From an uncultured Clostridia bacterium (lineage in GTDB: Bacteria > Bacillota > Clostridia > Christensenellales > UBA3700), in NCBI GenBank assembly GCA_947246685.1, contig CAMXSN010000001.1, forward strand, positions 49,837 to 113,836: a stretch of 64,000 bases of DNA, read 5' to 3'. Every line of letters begins with the position of its first letter. Position 1 is the first letter of the stretch. Positions 31,538-40,927 of this stretch are shown here, one piece after another. The position numbers and the translations under genes are program-made. The notes under the pieces were generated by a model. That model was given only the letters and a program-made list of their open reading frames with translations, did no database searches and was not told where the DNA came from.

Positions 31538-34500
31538 TTATTTTCCGAACTGATCTCTCTTAGATACGGTTTTCTTTGCCGCGGGAGAGCTCTTTTTGTT
31601 GGTCTTAACGAGTTTCTTCTTTCTCTTCGGAGCATATTTCTTAATGAGATATATAACTACGATAAGAACTATTGCGCCGCTGACTACGCCCGATACGACG
31701 TACAGCCAGATCAAAGGATCTTTTTGTTTGTCATCATTTGGTTTTTCTTCATCCTCAGGTTCTTCTTTTGAATCGTCTGCGGTGAATACGATACGGTGAT
31801 TGTTCTTAACGGCTTCGCTGTCTTTGAGGATGCTGTTGAGTTCGTTGTTGTCTTTAGCGACTTCGCTGTCGGTCAATTTCTTATAGAGAGGTGCCTTATC
31901 GGGAGCAGGTGTGGTAGAAGTGATTTCTACGTACTTGTCTCCGTCTTTATAATAGTTACCTTCTTCGCTCTCTTTGTATACTTCTTCGCGCTCGATAAAC
32001 TGATCGGCTTGAATTTCTTCTACGGAGAAGTTGTCTACGAATACATAACCGGTCATATAGTAATCGCTGTCTTTGCTTTCGTCGCCCTTGTAGCCGAGGC
32101 TGACTGTCAGAGTTGCGGTTGTGTCGGTGATATCTTCTTCCGCTAAGATATAGAAAGAATATTCCGTCCATTTGCCGATCTGTTCTTTGCCGTCCTTATA
32201 AGTCGAGGTGTTGACGATTCTCTTTTTTTCGTAATCGGTTGAAGAGGATTTGAGTCTTCTACCGAATTCGTAAGTCTTATTGTTGGCTTTAAGCGTAATC
32301 GTTGCGCTTGGTTTGAAGTTCTCGTCGAGATTTTCGCCCTTAGCGGCAAGCTTGTAGGTGAGTATCCATATACTAATCTTGTAATATTTGCCGGCTTCGA
32401 TTGTAGCGGAGTTGGAAGTATATCCGTAAGCAGTAGCGTCTTTGTTGTAGATAACGAGCGCCTTGTCGCCCACGTTCGTTTGAGAATTATCAAATACGGC
32501 GTTGAGGATAGCTTCGTCATTTTCGTCGTCGGGATTGAGATCGATATCGGAGAAATCGGTCTTATTTTGATCGATAACGCCGCTTACCAACGTATCTTCG
32601 TCGCTCGACGCGTCGGAATCTATCAATGCGCCTTTGAAGTTCTTTGCGGTGAAGATGCTCTCTGCGTCGTCTACGTCGTCAAAAGAATCGACAAGCCACG
32701 ATTGAGTCAAAAGATCGTTGTTCGAGCTTGCGCTTTGCGCTTTTTTGAACGTTTCTGCGTCGACGGACGAATAAGTTGCCGACGTGAAATATACGGTGCT
32801 GCTTGCGCTGACGCTTTCGTTACCTGCATTGAGAGCAAGTGTGACCGACGTGCTTGATATTCCTGTTTCTACGAATATCGTATAGGAATGCCATTTGCCG
32901 TCGCCTGTAAGATTTGCGAATTTATAGTTTTCATCGCTTGCGGTTGCCGTTTTCAGCACGATGCTGAATTCGCTGTTTGCTTCCGCCTTTGCCCATATTC
33001 TGAATGCATAATAAGATTTTGCGCTCAGCGATATAGAGTTGGACGTAAAGCCGAGCAGAGGAACGGTATCGTCTTTTTTGATAGCCAACACGTTGGGATT
33101 TTTCTCTACGGAGAAGAATTTTTCTGCGCCGTCATAGAAACTATCTTTGACTATGTTGCTGAAATGAGCGAGCTGACTTGCGTTGTTGAGATTGAGTATG
33201 CCTGCCAAGTTGTTGAACGGAGCTTCGGTGCTGATGATCGAATTGTTGTTGGGCGTCCAATTGGTCGGGAGCGCCAACGCGTCTTTCATATTGCCGTCTT
33301 TATCTATAATTTCTGCTCCGAAGAGTTTGTTTGTGGCGCTTATGTCCGTATAATTGAAATATCCGTTGGAAGAGACTTCGCTTGTATTTGCGCTGTCCGA
33401 AAGCGCAACGGTGTTGACTACCGTGCTAGAAGCTGCGGATGTATATTGGCTGTATGCAATGTTTTCTATATACATCGAAGACACGTATGCATAACCCATC
33501 GTAAGCGTAGAGTAGTCGCTTCCCGTACCGGTTCCCAACGAAACGGATATACCGAGTCTGGTATTTTTGATTTGCGCGCCGAGCACGTAGAACGTCACGA
33601 GCGTATAGTCGTTGTCGCTCTTATAAGACTCGAGATTTTCCGTGTTGAGATTTGTAAAGCTGGAGACGGATGTGTAAGCGTCTTCAAACTTTTTGGAATC
33701 CGTCTTATAATCTTCATTGTATTTGAGCAGGGAAATTCCGATGCCCATATTTTTGTCCACGCCGACAGTCTTGACGTACATAGAGATTGCGTACGCCTTG
33801 TTGGGGGCGATGTTGATGAGCTTGCTAGTGTCGACATTTCCGTCTTTGTCAACGGTCAAGGTGGACAAAACCGTCGAAGCAGGCGAGTAATTGTTGATAG
33901 CAAGCGCTTTTGCATTGATGATATCCGTATTTTCGATCTCTACGGGTTTTTTGGGATTTTCTTTGAAATAGTCGTCTGCAACAAAATTATCGGTGTCAAG
34001 AATTTTGAATACCGAACGGTCTTTGATTGCGTTCTTTTCGTCTTGAATTGCAAAATCCGCAAGGTTGACCGCAGTCATATTTTTTTCGGACGTGCGCAGG
34101 TCGATTGCCTTTTCTGCGCTGGATTTCGACGCTTCGTACTTCTCTTTGGTGCTGTCTGCTAGAGTTACGCTGTCGAAGAGAACCGCGCCTTCGGCGTGAG
34201 TTTCTTTATCGTTTTGACCGCCGAATCCTAACCACATTTCCAGATACAGTTCGGAACTGCGGAATTGATTGGCTGCGATATAGAAAGTGAATTTTTGCCA
34301 CTTTCCGTCGGTGTCTATGTTGTCGATAATGAAGTTATTACTGTCGGTGTTGGTTCCGTCGGTCAGTCTGATAGAGGCGTGACCGGATTTGAGGAAGGTT
34401 CTTGCATAGAGACTGACCTCATAATAAGAGTTTCTCTTGAAATTCATTTGCACATTGGCGCGATAGCCGAAAGCCGTTGCCTGCTTGTTCTGCATATAGA

Positions 34501-35596
34501 GCATTCTGCTACCGATTGAGCCTTCGGGAACGTCAAGATCTTTGAGCGTCATTCCGCTGGGAAGCGAATTCGCAAGATAATTGAGCGAGGACGCGGCGTT
34601 TTCAAACGTCGTGGTGTCTATTATACCCTTGGCGGTATAAGTAGAAGACGTGCTCGCGGATTCGCCTGAACCGTAACCTGCAACCACCGAATATTTTGAC
34701 GGAGAATAGGGGATGCTGGTCGTGGACGAAGCATAGTCGAATTCTCTGTCGGCAAGTCTCATAGAATATTTTGCTACGGTCTCTGTAACGGATTCTTTAT
34801 CGAAATCGGCTTTTGTATATGCCTTAGCGTCTTTATCGTCCTCGTCTACTTCGGAGATTTTTTCCAATACCACGTTGTCGAAGAAAACGTAACCTTTGGT
34901 CATATGACCGGTCTGTTTATTTCCGATACCCAAAGAAAGCACTACGGTAATAGAGCCAGAGGATAATTCGGAAGTCTCGATATAAAGCGTGTAAGTCTTC
35001 CATTCGCCCTTGGTGTCGATAGCTTCCCATCCTGCATAAGCCGCGCCGTTGACGTAGATATATGCGCCGGCAAGCGCGTCGGTATTGTCGCTGCCGAGCA
35101 AAGTCTTGACGTCGACCGACAGCTTGTAGTAGCTTTCGGTGTCTATACTGTGGCTTGACGAAGTATATTTGTAGGAAGTCGCAGTCTTGTTGTGGATCAT
35201 AAGAATATTCTGATCGTCAAGTTCTTTGTTGTTCTGACTGGACGGACCTCTGCCCGGAGAAGAAATTGAAATGTCCGAGTGTTTCTTTGTCAAAGCTTTC
35301 CATGCCGATGTCGCCGAGCTGACGACGCCTTTTGTCAAATCCTTGTCGGAAGACGGCGTAGCTGTAGTCGAGCTGGAGCTTGTAGAGCCTGCGGCTCCCG
35401 TCCAGCTGTTTGGCGTGCTTAACGTGGAGTCGTCGCCTGTTTGGGCGAAAGTACCGTTGTTAAACAGCAAATCGGATGAATCGTTGTTGTCGTTGCCGTT
35501 ATTTTCGTCTTTGTCGCAGCCTGCGGCAAACATTGTGAAGATAAGGCATACGGTCAATATCAACGCTGTAAAGATAAAAAGTCTTTTCTTGTTCAT
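31538..35596 (-). CDS. Large surface lipoprotein (1352 aa) with about five CBM-like repeats and C-terminal TM anchor
   Basis: Lipobox FAAGC (Cys27); repeated YY..S...T / G.W..Y..YI / L.LG / G.V..D motifs; TM LIWLYVVSGVVSGAIVLIVVIYLI then Lys-rich tail. Confidence 0.88.
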   Translation of the reverse strand: MNKKRLFIFTALILTVCLIFTMFAAGCDKDENNGNDNNDSSDLLFNNGTFAQTGDDSTLSTPNSWTGAAGSTSSSSTTATPSSDKDLTKGVVSSATSAWKALTKKHSDISISSPGRGPSSQNNKELDDQNILMIHNKTATSYKYTSSSHSIDTESYYKLSVDVKTLLGSDNTDALAGAYIYVNGAAYAGWEAIDTKGEWKTYTLYIETSELSSGSITVVLSLGIGNKQTGHMTKGYVFFDNVVLEKISEVDEDDKDAKAYTKADFDKESVTETVAKYSMRLADREFDYASSTTSIPYSPSKYSVVAGYGSGESASTSSTYTAKGIIDTTTFENAASSLNYLANSLPSGMTLKDLDVPEGSIGSRMLYMQNKQATAFGYRANVQMNFKRNSYYEVSLYARTFLKSGHASIRLTDGTNTDSNNFIIDNIDTDGKWQKFTFYIAANQFRSSELYLEMWLGFGGQNDKETHAEGAVLFDSVTLADSTKEKYEASKSSAEKAIDLRTSEKNMTAVNLADFAIQDEKNAIKDRSVFKILDTDNFVADDYFKENPKKPVEIENTDIINAKALAINNYSPASTVLSTLTVDKDGNVDTSKLINIAPNKAYAISMYVKTVGVDKNMGIGISLLKYNEDYKTDSKKFEDAYTSVSSFTNLNTENLESYKSDNDYTLVTFYVLGAQIKNTRLGISVSLGTGTGSDYSTLTMGYAYVSSMYIENIAYSQYTSAASSTVVNTVALSDSANTSEVSSNGYFNYTDISATNKLFGAEIIDKDGNMKDALALPTNWTPNNNSIISTEAPFNNLAGILNLNNASQLAHFSNIVKDSFYDGAEKFFSVEKNPNVLAIKKDDTVPLLGFTSNSISLSAKSYYAFRIWAKAEANSEFSIVLKTATASDENYKFANLTGDGKWHSYTIFVETGISSTSVTLALNAGNESVSASSTVYFTSATYSSVDAETFKKAQSASSNNDLLTQSWLVDSFDDVDDAESIFTAKNFKGALIDSDASSDEDTLVSGVIDQNKTDFSDIDLNPDDENDEAILNAVFDNSQTNVGDKALVIYNKDATAYGYTSNSATIEAGKYYKISIWILTYKLAAKGENLDENFKPSATITLKANNKTYEFGRRLKSSSTDYEKKRIVNTSTYKDGKEQIGKWTEYSFYILAEEDITDTTATLTVSLGYKGDESKDSDYYMTGYVFVDNFSVEEIQADQFIEREEVYKESEEGNYYKDGDKYVEITSTTPAPDKAPLYKKLTDSEVAKDNNELNSILKDSEAVKNNHRIVFTADDSKEEPEDEEKPNDDKQKDPLIWLYVVSGVVSGAIVLIVVIYLIKKYAPKRKKKLVKTNKKSSPAAKKTVSKRDQFGK

Positions 35597-35843
35597 TTAA
35601 CCACCTTTATAATAATAAATAAAATCTATTATCTTATTAATACAATAGTCTTTTGTTATTATATATTATAGACAGAAAAAAATCAATTACTTTGACTGAA
35701 AATTATCCAAAATATGGAATAGCGCCGCAACGGTTTGTAATATTGCGGTTAAAAAGCGTTTATTTACGCAAAATAACTCAAAACGTACTGATAAATTCAG
35801 CATTTTACTTCAAATTATCGGACGAAAACTATATCGGAGATGA

Positions 35844-36347
35844 TTGGCTGTGGCAAACATTAATAGACAAAGCGATACTGTCTTGAAAGAAAATAATAAC
35901 CAAGTAAAACAAATAAAAGCAAAATCTGCGCAAAACGTAACGTCCGAGCGTAAAGCGCCCAAACTGACGGACAAACTCTCCGACAAGCAAAGAATTGCGT
36001 TGACCGTAGCCGTATCGCTTTTTGTAGGCGTAGCCAACGGATTGTTCGGCGGCGGAGGCGGGATGTTGGTTGTTCCGATATTCGTAATTTTGTGCCGTCT
36101 TGAAGAAAAAATCGCTCATTCAAGCGCAATTCTGACTATTTTGCCGCTTAGTCTTGTCAGCGGGATAATTTATTTCTGTCACGGCAGTTTTACTGTACCG
36201 CAGGGTTTGTACGTCACGGCAGGCGTGATAGTAGGCGGATTGATAGGAACGTTTGCTATGAAAAAGTTTTCCAATAATTTGTTGAGAATAATATTCTATA
36301 CGCTCATGATAATCGCCGGAGTATCTATGCTTATAAGCAAATTATGA
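35844..36347 (+). CDS. Sulfite exporter TauE/SafE (TSUP) family, half-size protein 1
   Basis: GVANGLFGGGGGMLVVP motif, 4 TM; exact start uncertain. Confidence 0.85.
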   Translation: MAVANINRQSDTVLKENNNQVKQIKAKSAQNVTSERKAPKLTDKLSDKQRIALTVAVSLFVGVANGLFGGGGGMLVVPIFVILCRLEEKIAHSSAILTILPLSLVSGIIYFCHGSFTVPQGLYVTAGVIVGGLIGTFAMKKFSNNLLRIIFYTLMIIAGVSMLISKL

Positions 36348-36518
36348 AGGCTGATAGACGTATCCGATACGTATATTATCCGCAGTCTCCGGTAAAGTCG
36401 CTTGATATGCGGATCTTAGATTATGATGACTAGCGGTTATATTAATATTTATTAAAGCGCTGCAAATCAAAGTTACATAAATAATAAGAATAAGACTGTT
36501 GGAAATATAGGGAGGATT

Positions 36519-36932
36519 ATGGAGATATTTTTATTGATATTGGGCGGAATAGTAGGCGGAATAATCGGCGGTATGGGAATGGGCGGCGGAACTTTGCTTA
36601 TTCCCATACTGACGATATTTTTGGACATTCCGCAAAAAAACGCTCAGGCAATCAATTTGATAGCATTTATTCCTATGGCAGTCGTCGTAACGCTGATTAA
36701 CGTCAAGAGAAAGGTCATAGATTACAAGAGCGTATTGACCGTCGCTGCGCCGGCTTTGCTGACGAGTATACTGTCATCGCTCTTCGTAGGCAAGATAGAT
36801 TCCAAGATTCTATCGGTAGGTTTTGCGATATTTTTGATAGGTCTCGGCGTAATCATGATGGCTTCGACGTTGCGCAAATGCTTATATGCATATATGAACA
36901 AATGTAAAGAGGAATATATTTTCAGTGATTGA
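36519..36932 (+). CDS. Sulfite exporter TauE/SafE (TSUP) family, half-size protein 2
   Basis: GGMGMGGGTLLIP...Q..AQAINL..FIP. Confidence 0.88.
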   Translation: MEIFLLILGGIVGGIIGGMGMGGGTLLIPILTIFLDIPQKNAQAINLIAFIPMAVVVTLINVKRKVIDYKSVLTVAAPALLTSILSSLFVGKIDSKILSVGFAIFLIGLGVIMMASTLRKCLYAYMNKCKEEYIFSD

Positions 36933-36973
36933 CGCAAATATGCGAGTTTGCGCATATAATTTTGTTTTCGACA

Positions 36974-37002
36974 GCATATTCCAAGTTTTGCAATCATACA
37001 GT
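36974..37002 (+). promoter_or_regulatory. Sigma-E promoter of spoIIID
   Basis: GCATATT-N14-CATACAGT. Confidence 0.65.
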
Positions 37003-37022
37003 AAGATTGAGGTGCTTGTAAT

Positions 37023-37283
37023 ATGCGTGACTATTATTCTCAATCGATTGTGGCAATGGCGGAATATATCAAGAAAAATAAATGCACGGTAAGACAGTGC
37101 GCGGCGGCGTTTGGCGTGGGAAAGAGTACTGTGCACAGTTATATGCGTACTAAGTTGAAATATATGGACGTAGATCTTTACGACGAGGTGCAGAGCGTGT
37201 TGGATTACAATCTTTCCGTGCGTCACTTGCGCGGCGGAGAAAGCACAAAAAAGCGCTATGAAAAACAGAAAAATAATAGTTGA
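37023..37283 (+). CDS. spoIIID: Stage III sporulation transcriptional regulator SpoIIID
   Basis: YI.....TVRQ.A..FGVGKSTVH...RHLRGGESTK. Confidence 0.95.
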   Translation: MRDYYSQSIVAMAEYIKKNKCTVRQCAAAFGVGKSTVHSYMRTKLKYMDVDLYDEVQSVLDYNLSVRHLRGGESTKKRYEKQKNNS

Positions 37284-37294
37284 ACATTGTACAA
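37280..37294. repeat. Dispersed palindrome copy 3 (TTGAACATTGTACAA)
   Basis: One mismatch to consensus; overlaps the spoIIID stop codon. Confidence 0.75.
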
Positions 37295-37399
37295 TTATGA
37301 TAAAAATTCGCGATATGTGTCGAAAATGTGCGCGTTTTTGATTAATCGTAATTTGACGCAAGACTTTCTATTTGATTTTACATCGCCTACAATAAATGA

Positions 37400-37430
37400 A
37401 AACAGACGGCTTAAAACGCCGTCTGTAAAA
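37400..37430. terminator. Terminator hairpin between spoIIID and ttcA
   Basis: ACAGACGGC-TTAAAAC-GCCGTCTGT. Confidence 0.75.
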
Positions 37431-37435
37431 TTATG

Positions 37436-37450
37436 TTGAACTTTGTTCAA
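37436..37450. repeat. Dispersed palindrome copy 4 (TTGAACTTTGTTCAA)
   Basis: Matches TTGAAC-N3-GTTCAA, 14 bp from the ttcA stop. Confidence 0.8.
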
Positions 37451-37464
37451 ATTGATCGAAAACG

Positions 37465-38199
37465 TCAAGATTTAACAGTAGGAATTTTATCCCACAGATT
37501 GTTGCGCTCGGGATGAAACAGAGCCGTCAGCATACGTTGCTTGCAACCGTATTTTTCGTCCAACGAAGCGACGAGATTTTTGACGTCTTCGCGTTTTGTA
37601 TTTTTATCCTGCGGACAGGGATTGTGTATTATCGGGAGTTCGTATCTTCTGGCAAGTCCCGACAGATATTTTTCTTCGACATATATAAAAGGTCTTATCA
37701 ACGTAATGTTGCTTCTGTCCATGTGGCTAATCGGCATAAAAGTCGAGATTCTTCCTTCGTATATCAGCGATAGTAAAAAGGTTTCCAGCACGTCGTCTGC
37801 GTGATGTCCCAAAGCCAATTTATTGCAGCCCAGTTCTTTTGCGACGCCGTTGAGCGCGCCTCTTCTCATTTTAGAACACAGCGAGCAGGGGCTTTTTTCT
37901 TCTCGCTCCAATATCACGTCGTATATTTGAGTGCGCTCTATTATTAGGTCGACTCCGATACTCTTGCAGTATTCTTTGGTTGCTTGCACTTGAGCTTGGT
38001 CGGTATCGGCAAAGCCGAGATCGATGTTTATCGCGGTAAGATCGAATTTTTCCGGCGCGAATTTTTTGTATGCAGCAAGAATTGCAAGCAGGGCGACGCT
38101 GTCTTTGCCGCCGGACAAACCTACGGCAATTTTGTCGCCGTCTTGAATCATGCCGTAATCGGCAATGGCTTTTCTTGTCAGCGATAATAACTTTTGCAT
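37465..38199 (-). CDS. ttcA: TtcA-family tRNA thiolation PP-loop ATPase
   Basis: SGGKDS PP-loop, PCSLCSKMRRG, LALGHHADD, IRP. Confidence 0.9.
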   Translation of the reverse strand: MQKLLSLTRKAIADYGMIQDGDKIAVGLSGGKDSVALLAILAAYKKFAPEKFDLTAINIDLGFADTDQAQVQATKEYCKSIGVDLIIERTQIYDVILEREEKSPCSLCSKMRRGALNGVAKELGCNKLALGHHADDVLETFLLSLIYEGRISTFMPISHMDRSNITLIRPFIYVEEKYLSGLARRYELPIIHNPCPQDKNTKREDVKNLVASLDEKYGCKQRMLTALFHPERNNLWDKIPTVKS

Positions 38200-38384
38200 A
38201 CAATTAGTTTAGCGGTTTTATTGACTAAATGCAAGAGAATATAGTATATTTATTTTGTTGATATTCGCGCGTTTTATAGGAAAATGCAACGAATAACGCG
38301 CTCGGCGGTATAGCGCCGCATATTGAGAAATACACTATCAATAACGGATACGGGCATAAACGGACAGCCCGACAGGAGAATAAA

Positions 38385-39203
38385 TTGACAGAGATAATTA
38401 TTGATTTTGTGAGAAAACTTATAGGAGACGACGCTTTGACGACGGTGTTGATTTCTATGATTCCGATAGTTGAGCTGAGGGGTGCTATTCCTGCGGCGAT
38501 GACTATGGGCTTACAACCTATCGTTGCTTTTGCATTGGCTTGGGCGGGATCGGCTATAGTGTCGCCGATACTGTTGCTCATACTGCGGCCGGTGCTAAAT
38601 TGGATGAAAAAATGCAAAGTTTTCGCATCTCTTGCAAATGCCGTGGAAGGCGGCTTCAAAAGCAAGGCGATGAAAGTCGTGGGCGCAGGCGGCTTGGGTG
38701 AGCTTACCGCAGAGCAGGTAAAAAAACTGGAGCGGCGAAAAATGCTGGGAGTATTTCTTTTCGTGGCTTTTCCGATACCATTGACGGGCGTGTGGACGGG
38801 CAGCGCAGTCGCAACTTTTCTCGATATTCCTTTCTTCAAATCAATGCTTATGGTGTGGCTTGGAAATTTACTCGCAGGAGCGATAGTTACTGTTTTGGCT
38901 GTTTTTCTCAAAGCGTATATGAACGTCGTGCTCGACGTGTTTTTTGTGATCGTAATTCTCGTGCTTGCAGTGTATATTATTCGTACGGTCGTCAAAATGG
39001 TCAAGAATAAAAAGAACGCGGCATTGCAAAGCGAGCAGGCGGACGGCGTCGGCGCAGAAGACTCGGATACTGCAAATGCCGAGGAATCTTGCGTTGTTTA
39101 CGACGAAGGCGCGCAGGAGCAAGAAAAGCCCGCGCAGGACGAGAGCGTGCTTGCTAAACCTGCCGAAATTGGCGACAAAGAGGATAATCATGAAGTATTA
39201 TGA
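38385..39203 (+). CDS. Putative small multi-drug export family membrane protein (COG2426-like) with acidic tail
   Basis: ISMIPIVELRGAIP and FVAFPIPLTGVWTG motifs; TTG start with SD AGGAG. Confidence 0.88.
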   Translation: MTEIIIDFVRKLIGDDALTTVLISMIPIVELRGAIPAAMTMGLQPIVAFALAWAGSAIVSPILLLILRPVLNWMKKCKVFASLANAVEGGFKSKAMKVVGAGGLGELTAEQVKKLERRKMLGVFLFVAFPIPLTGVWTGSAVATFLDIPFFKSMLMVWLGNLLAGAIVTVLAVFLKAYMNVVLDVFFVIVILVLAVYIIRTVVKMVKNKKNAALQSEQADGVGAEDSDTANAEESCVVYDEGAQEQEKPAQDESVLAKPAEIGDKEDNHEVL

Positions 39204-40118
39204 ATTGACGGTAAACACTACGAGCGACGCGTCCGAACTGGTTGCAGAGATATTGACGGAATCGGGCAGTAACGGTATAAGCATATTTGACAATAGAGAT
39301 TTGCTCGATCTTGTCGACAGCGGCGTGGTGTGGGACTATATGGAAGAGCACTTGATAAACGACGACGGCAAAGCGCTTGTCAAGGGGTATTTTCAAATAG
39401 AAGGTTTCGATTCTGTTCGAAAAGATATAGAAAAGCGTCTGGAATTTCTCGTATCCAACAGTCCATTTGATTGCGGCAGTCTAGACTTGGAGGTCGTTGC
39501 CGCAGACGATACGGATTGGTTGGAAAATTGGAAGCAATACTATAAGCCGATTAAAGCGGGGCGCGTTACGATCGTGCCTGAATGGACGGATTACGAGCCG
39601 GCAGAGGGCGAGTTTGTCGTCAAAATTGATCCTGGTATGGCGTTCGGCACGGGCGAACATGAGAGCACGAGAATGTGTCTCATGCTATTGCAAGCGCTCG
39701 GCGTCGAGGGCAAAGACGTCATTGACGTGGGGACGGGCAGCGGTATACTTGCGCTTGCGGCGGCGGTATTGGGAGCGGAAAAAGTCGAGGCGTACGATAT
39801 TGACGATAATGCCGTCAAGTCTGCCAAGGAAAATTGCGCTCTTAACGGTTTGCAGGACAAAATCTACGTCGCCAACGCGATTTGCTCGATAAGACAAGCG
39901 GCAAATTTGATATAGTGCTTGCCAATATCACGGCGGACGTATTGATTTTGCTATCGTCAAAGCTGGGCGATTATCTCAAAGAAGGCGGAGTCGTCATAGT
40001 GTCGGGTATCATACTCAAAAGAGAAAATGACGTAAAAAATGCCTTTGAGCAAGCAGGTTTTCGCATTGACGAAAGAGTTGGTATGGGCGAATGGGCGGCT
40101 TTTAAGTTAATCAGATAA
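39190..40118 (+). pseudogene. prmA: Ribosomal protein L11 methyltransferase, frameshifted near 39878 (real lesion or sequence error)
   Basis: DPGMAFGTGEHESTR and DVGTGSGIL in one frame; FDIVLANI...SGII in the next; a single missing base restores NADLLDK. Confidence 0.85.
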
Positions 40119-40129
40119 TCGGGTGAAAA

Positions 40130-40858
40130 ATGGAATTGAAGAGATTTTTTGCAAAGCCTGAGAATTTCGACGGCGCTAATATAGTGATTGACGGCGAAGA
40201 ATTTGCGCATATGACCAAAGTGCTAAGGCACAAAGTCGGGTATCGGATTATAGTCAGTCTTGACGACGGCAAAGATTATTTCTGTACGATCGATCGGATT
40301 GAGAAATCCTATGCGGTCGCGTCGGTGGACAATATCGAGCTCAATGAATGTAAGACAAGGGCGGGAGTAACTCTATTTCAGGCGCTGCCCAAGGGCGATA
40401 AGTTGGATTGGATAGCGCAGAAATGCGTGGAGTTGGGCGTGGAAAAAATCGCGCCGTTTTTGTCGGCGTATACCAACGAAACAAGATTCAACCGAGACAG
40501 ACTTGCCCGTATTGCGGACGAAGCGTGTAAGCAATGCGGCAGGGCGAGAAGAGCTGAGATAGGCGAGTTGACTAATTTTGACGGCATGTTGTCGCAACTC
40601 AAAGACTTCGACTTGATAATTATGCCTTACGAGCACGCCGAGGCGGGCAGAATAGGCGACGTAGAAGGACTTGATAAAGCGAACAAAATAGCCGTTGTCA
40701 TAGGGAGCGAGGGCGGTTTCTCCGCCGAAGAGGTCGAGGCGGTCGGCGGCGTCGGAGGACGTGTTGTGTCGCTTGGCAAGAGAATACTTAGGTGCGAAAC
40801 GGCGGCGATAATCGCTGTCGGCTTGACAATGTACGAACTCAAAGAACTCGGAGTATAG
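40130..40858 (+). CDS. rsmE: 16S rRNA m3U1498 methyltransferase
   Basis: HMTKVLR, QKCVELGV, EACKQCGR, IGSEGGFS, LGKRILRCETA. Confidence 0.95.
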   Translation: MELKRFFAKPENFDGANIVIDGEEFAHMTKVLRHKVGYRIIVSLDDGKDYFCTIDRIEKSYAVASVDNIELNECKTRAGVTLFQALPKGDKLDWIAQKCVELGVEKIAPFLSAYTNETRFNRDRLARIADEACKQCGRARRAEIGELTNFDGMLSQLKDFDLIIMPYEHAEAGRIGDVEGLDKANKIAVVIGSEGGFSAEEVEAVGGVGGRVVSLGKRILRCETAAIIAVGLTMYELKELGV

Positions 40859-40927
40859 ACTTTGTCGGTCTTACCCGTTTTATTGCGCAAAAGGATAGGA
40901 CGGTCAATCATCAGCGACGGATAAATT

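Noticed and set aside
32888-34162. 424-aa plus-strand ORF
   Set aside because: Antisense to the large lipoprotein gene; composition mirrors its codon usage
38965-39189. N-terminal extension of the prmA ORF in the track
   Set aside because: Overlaps the upstream gene; SD GAGG precedes ATG 39190, which gives the normal PrmA start
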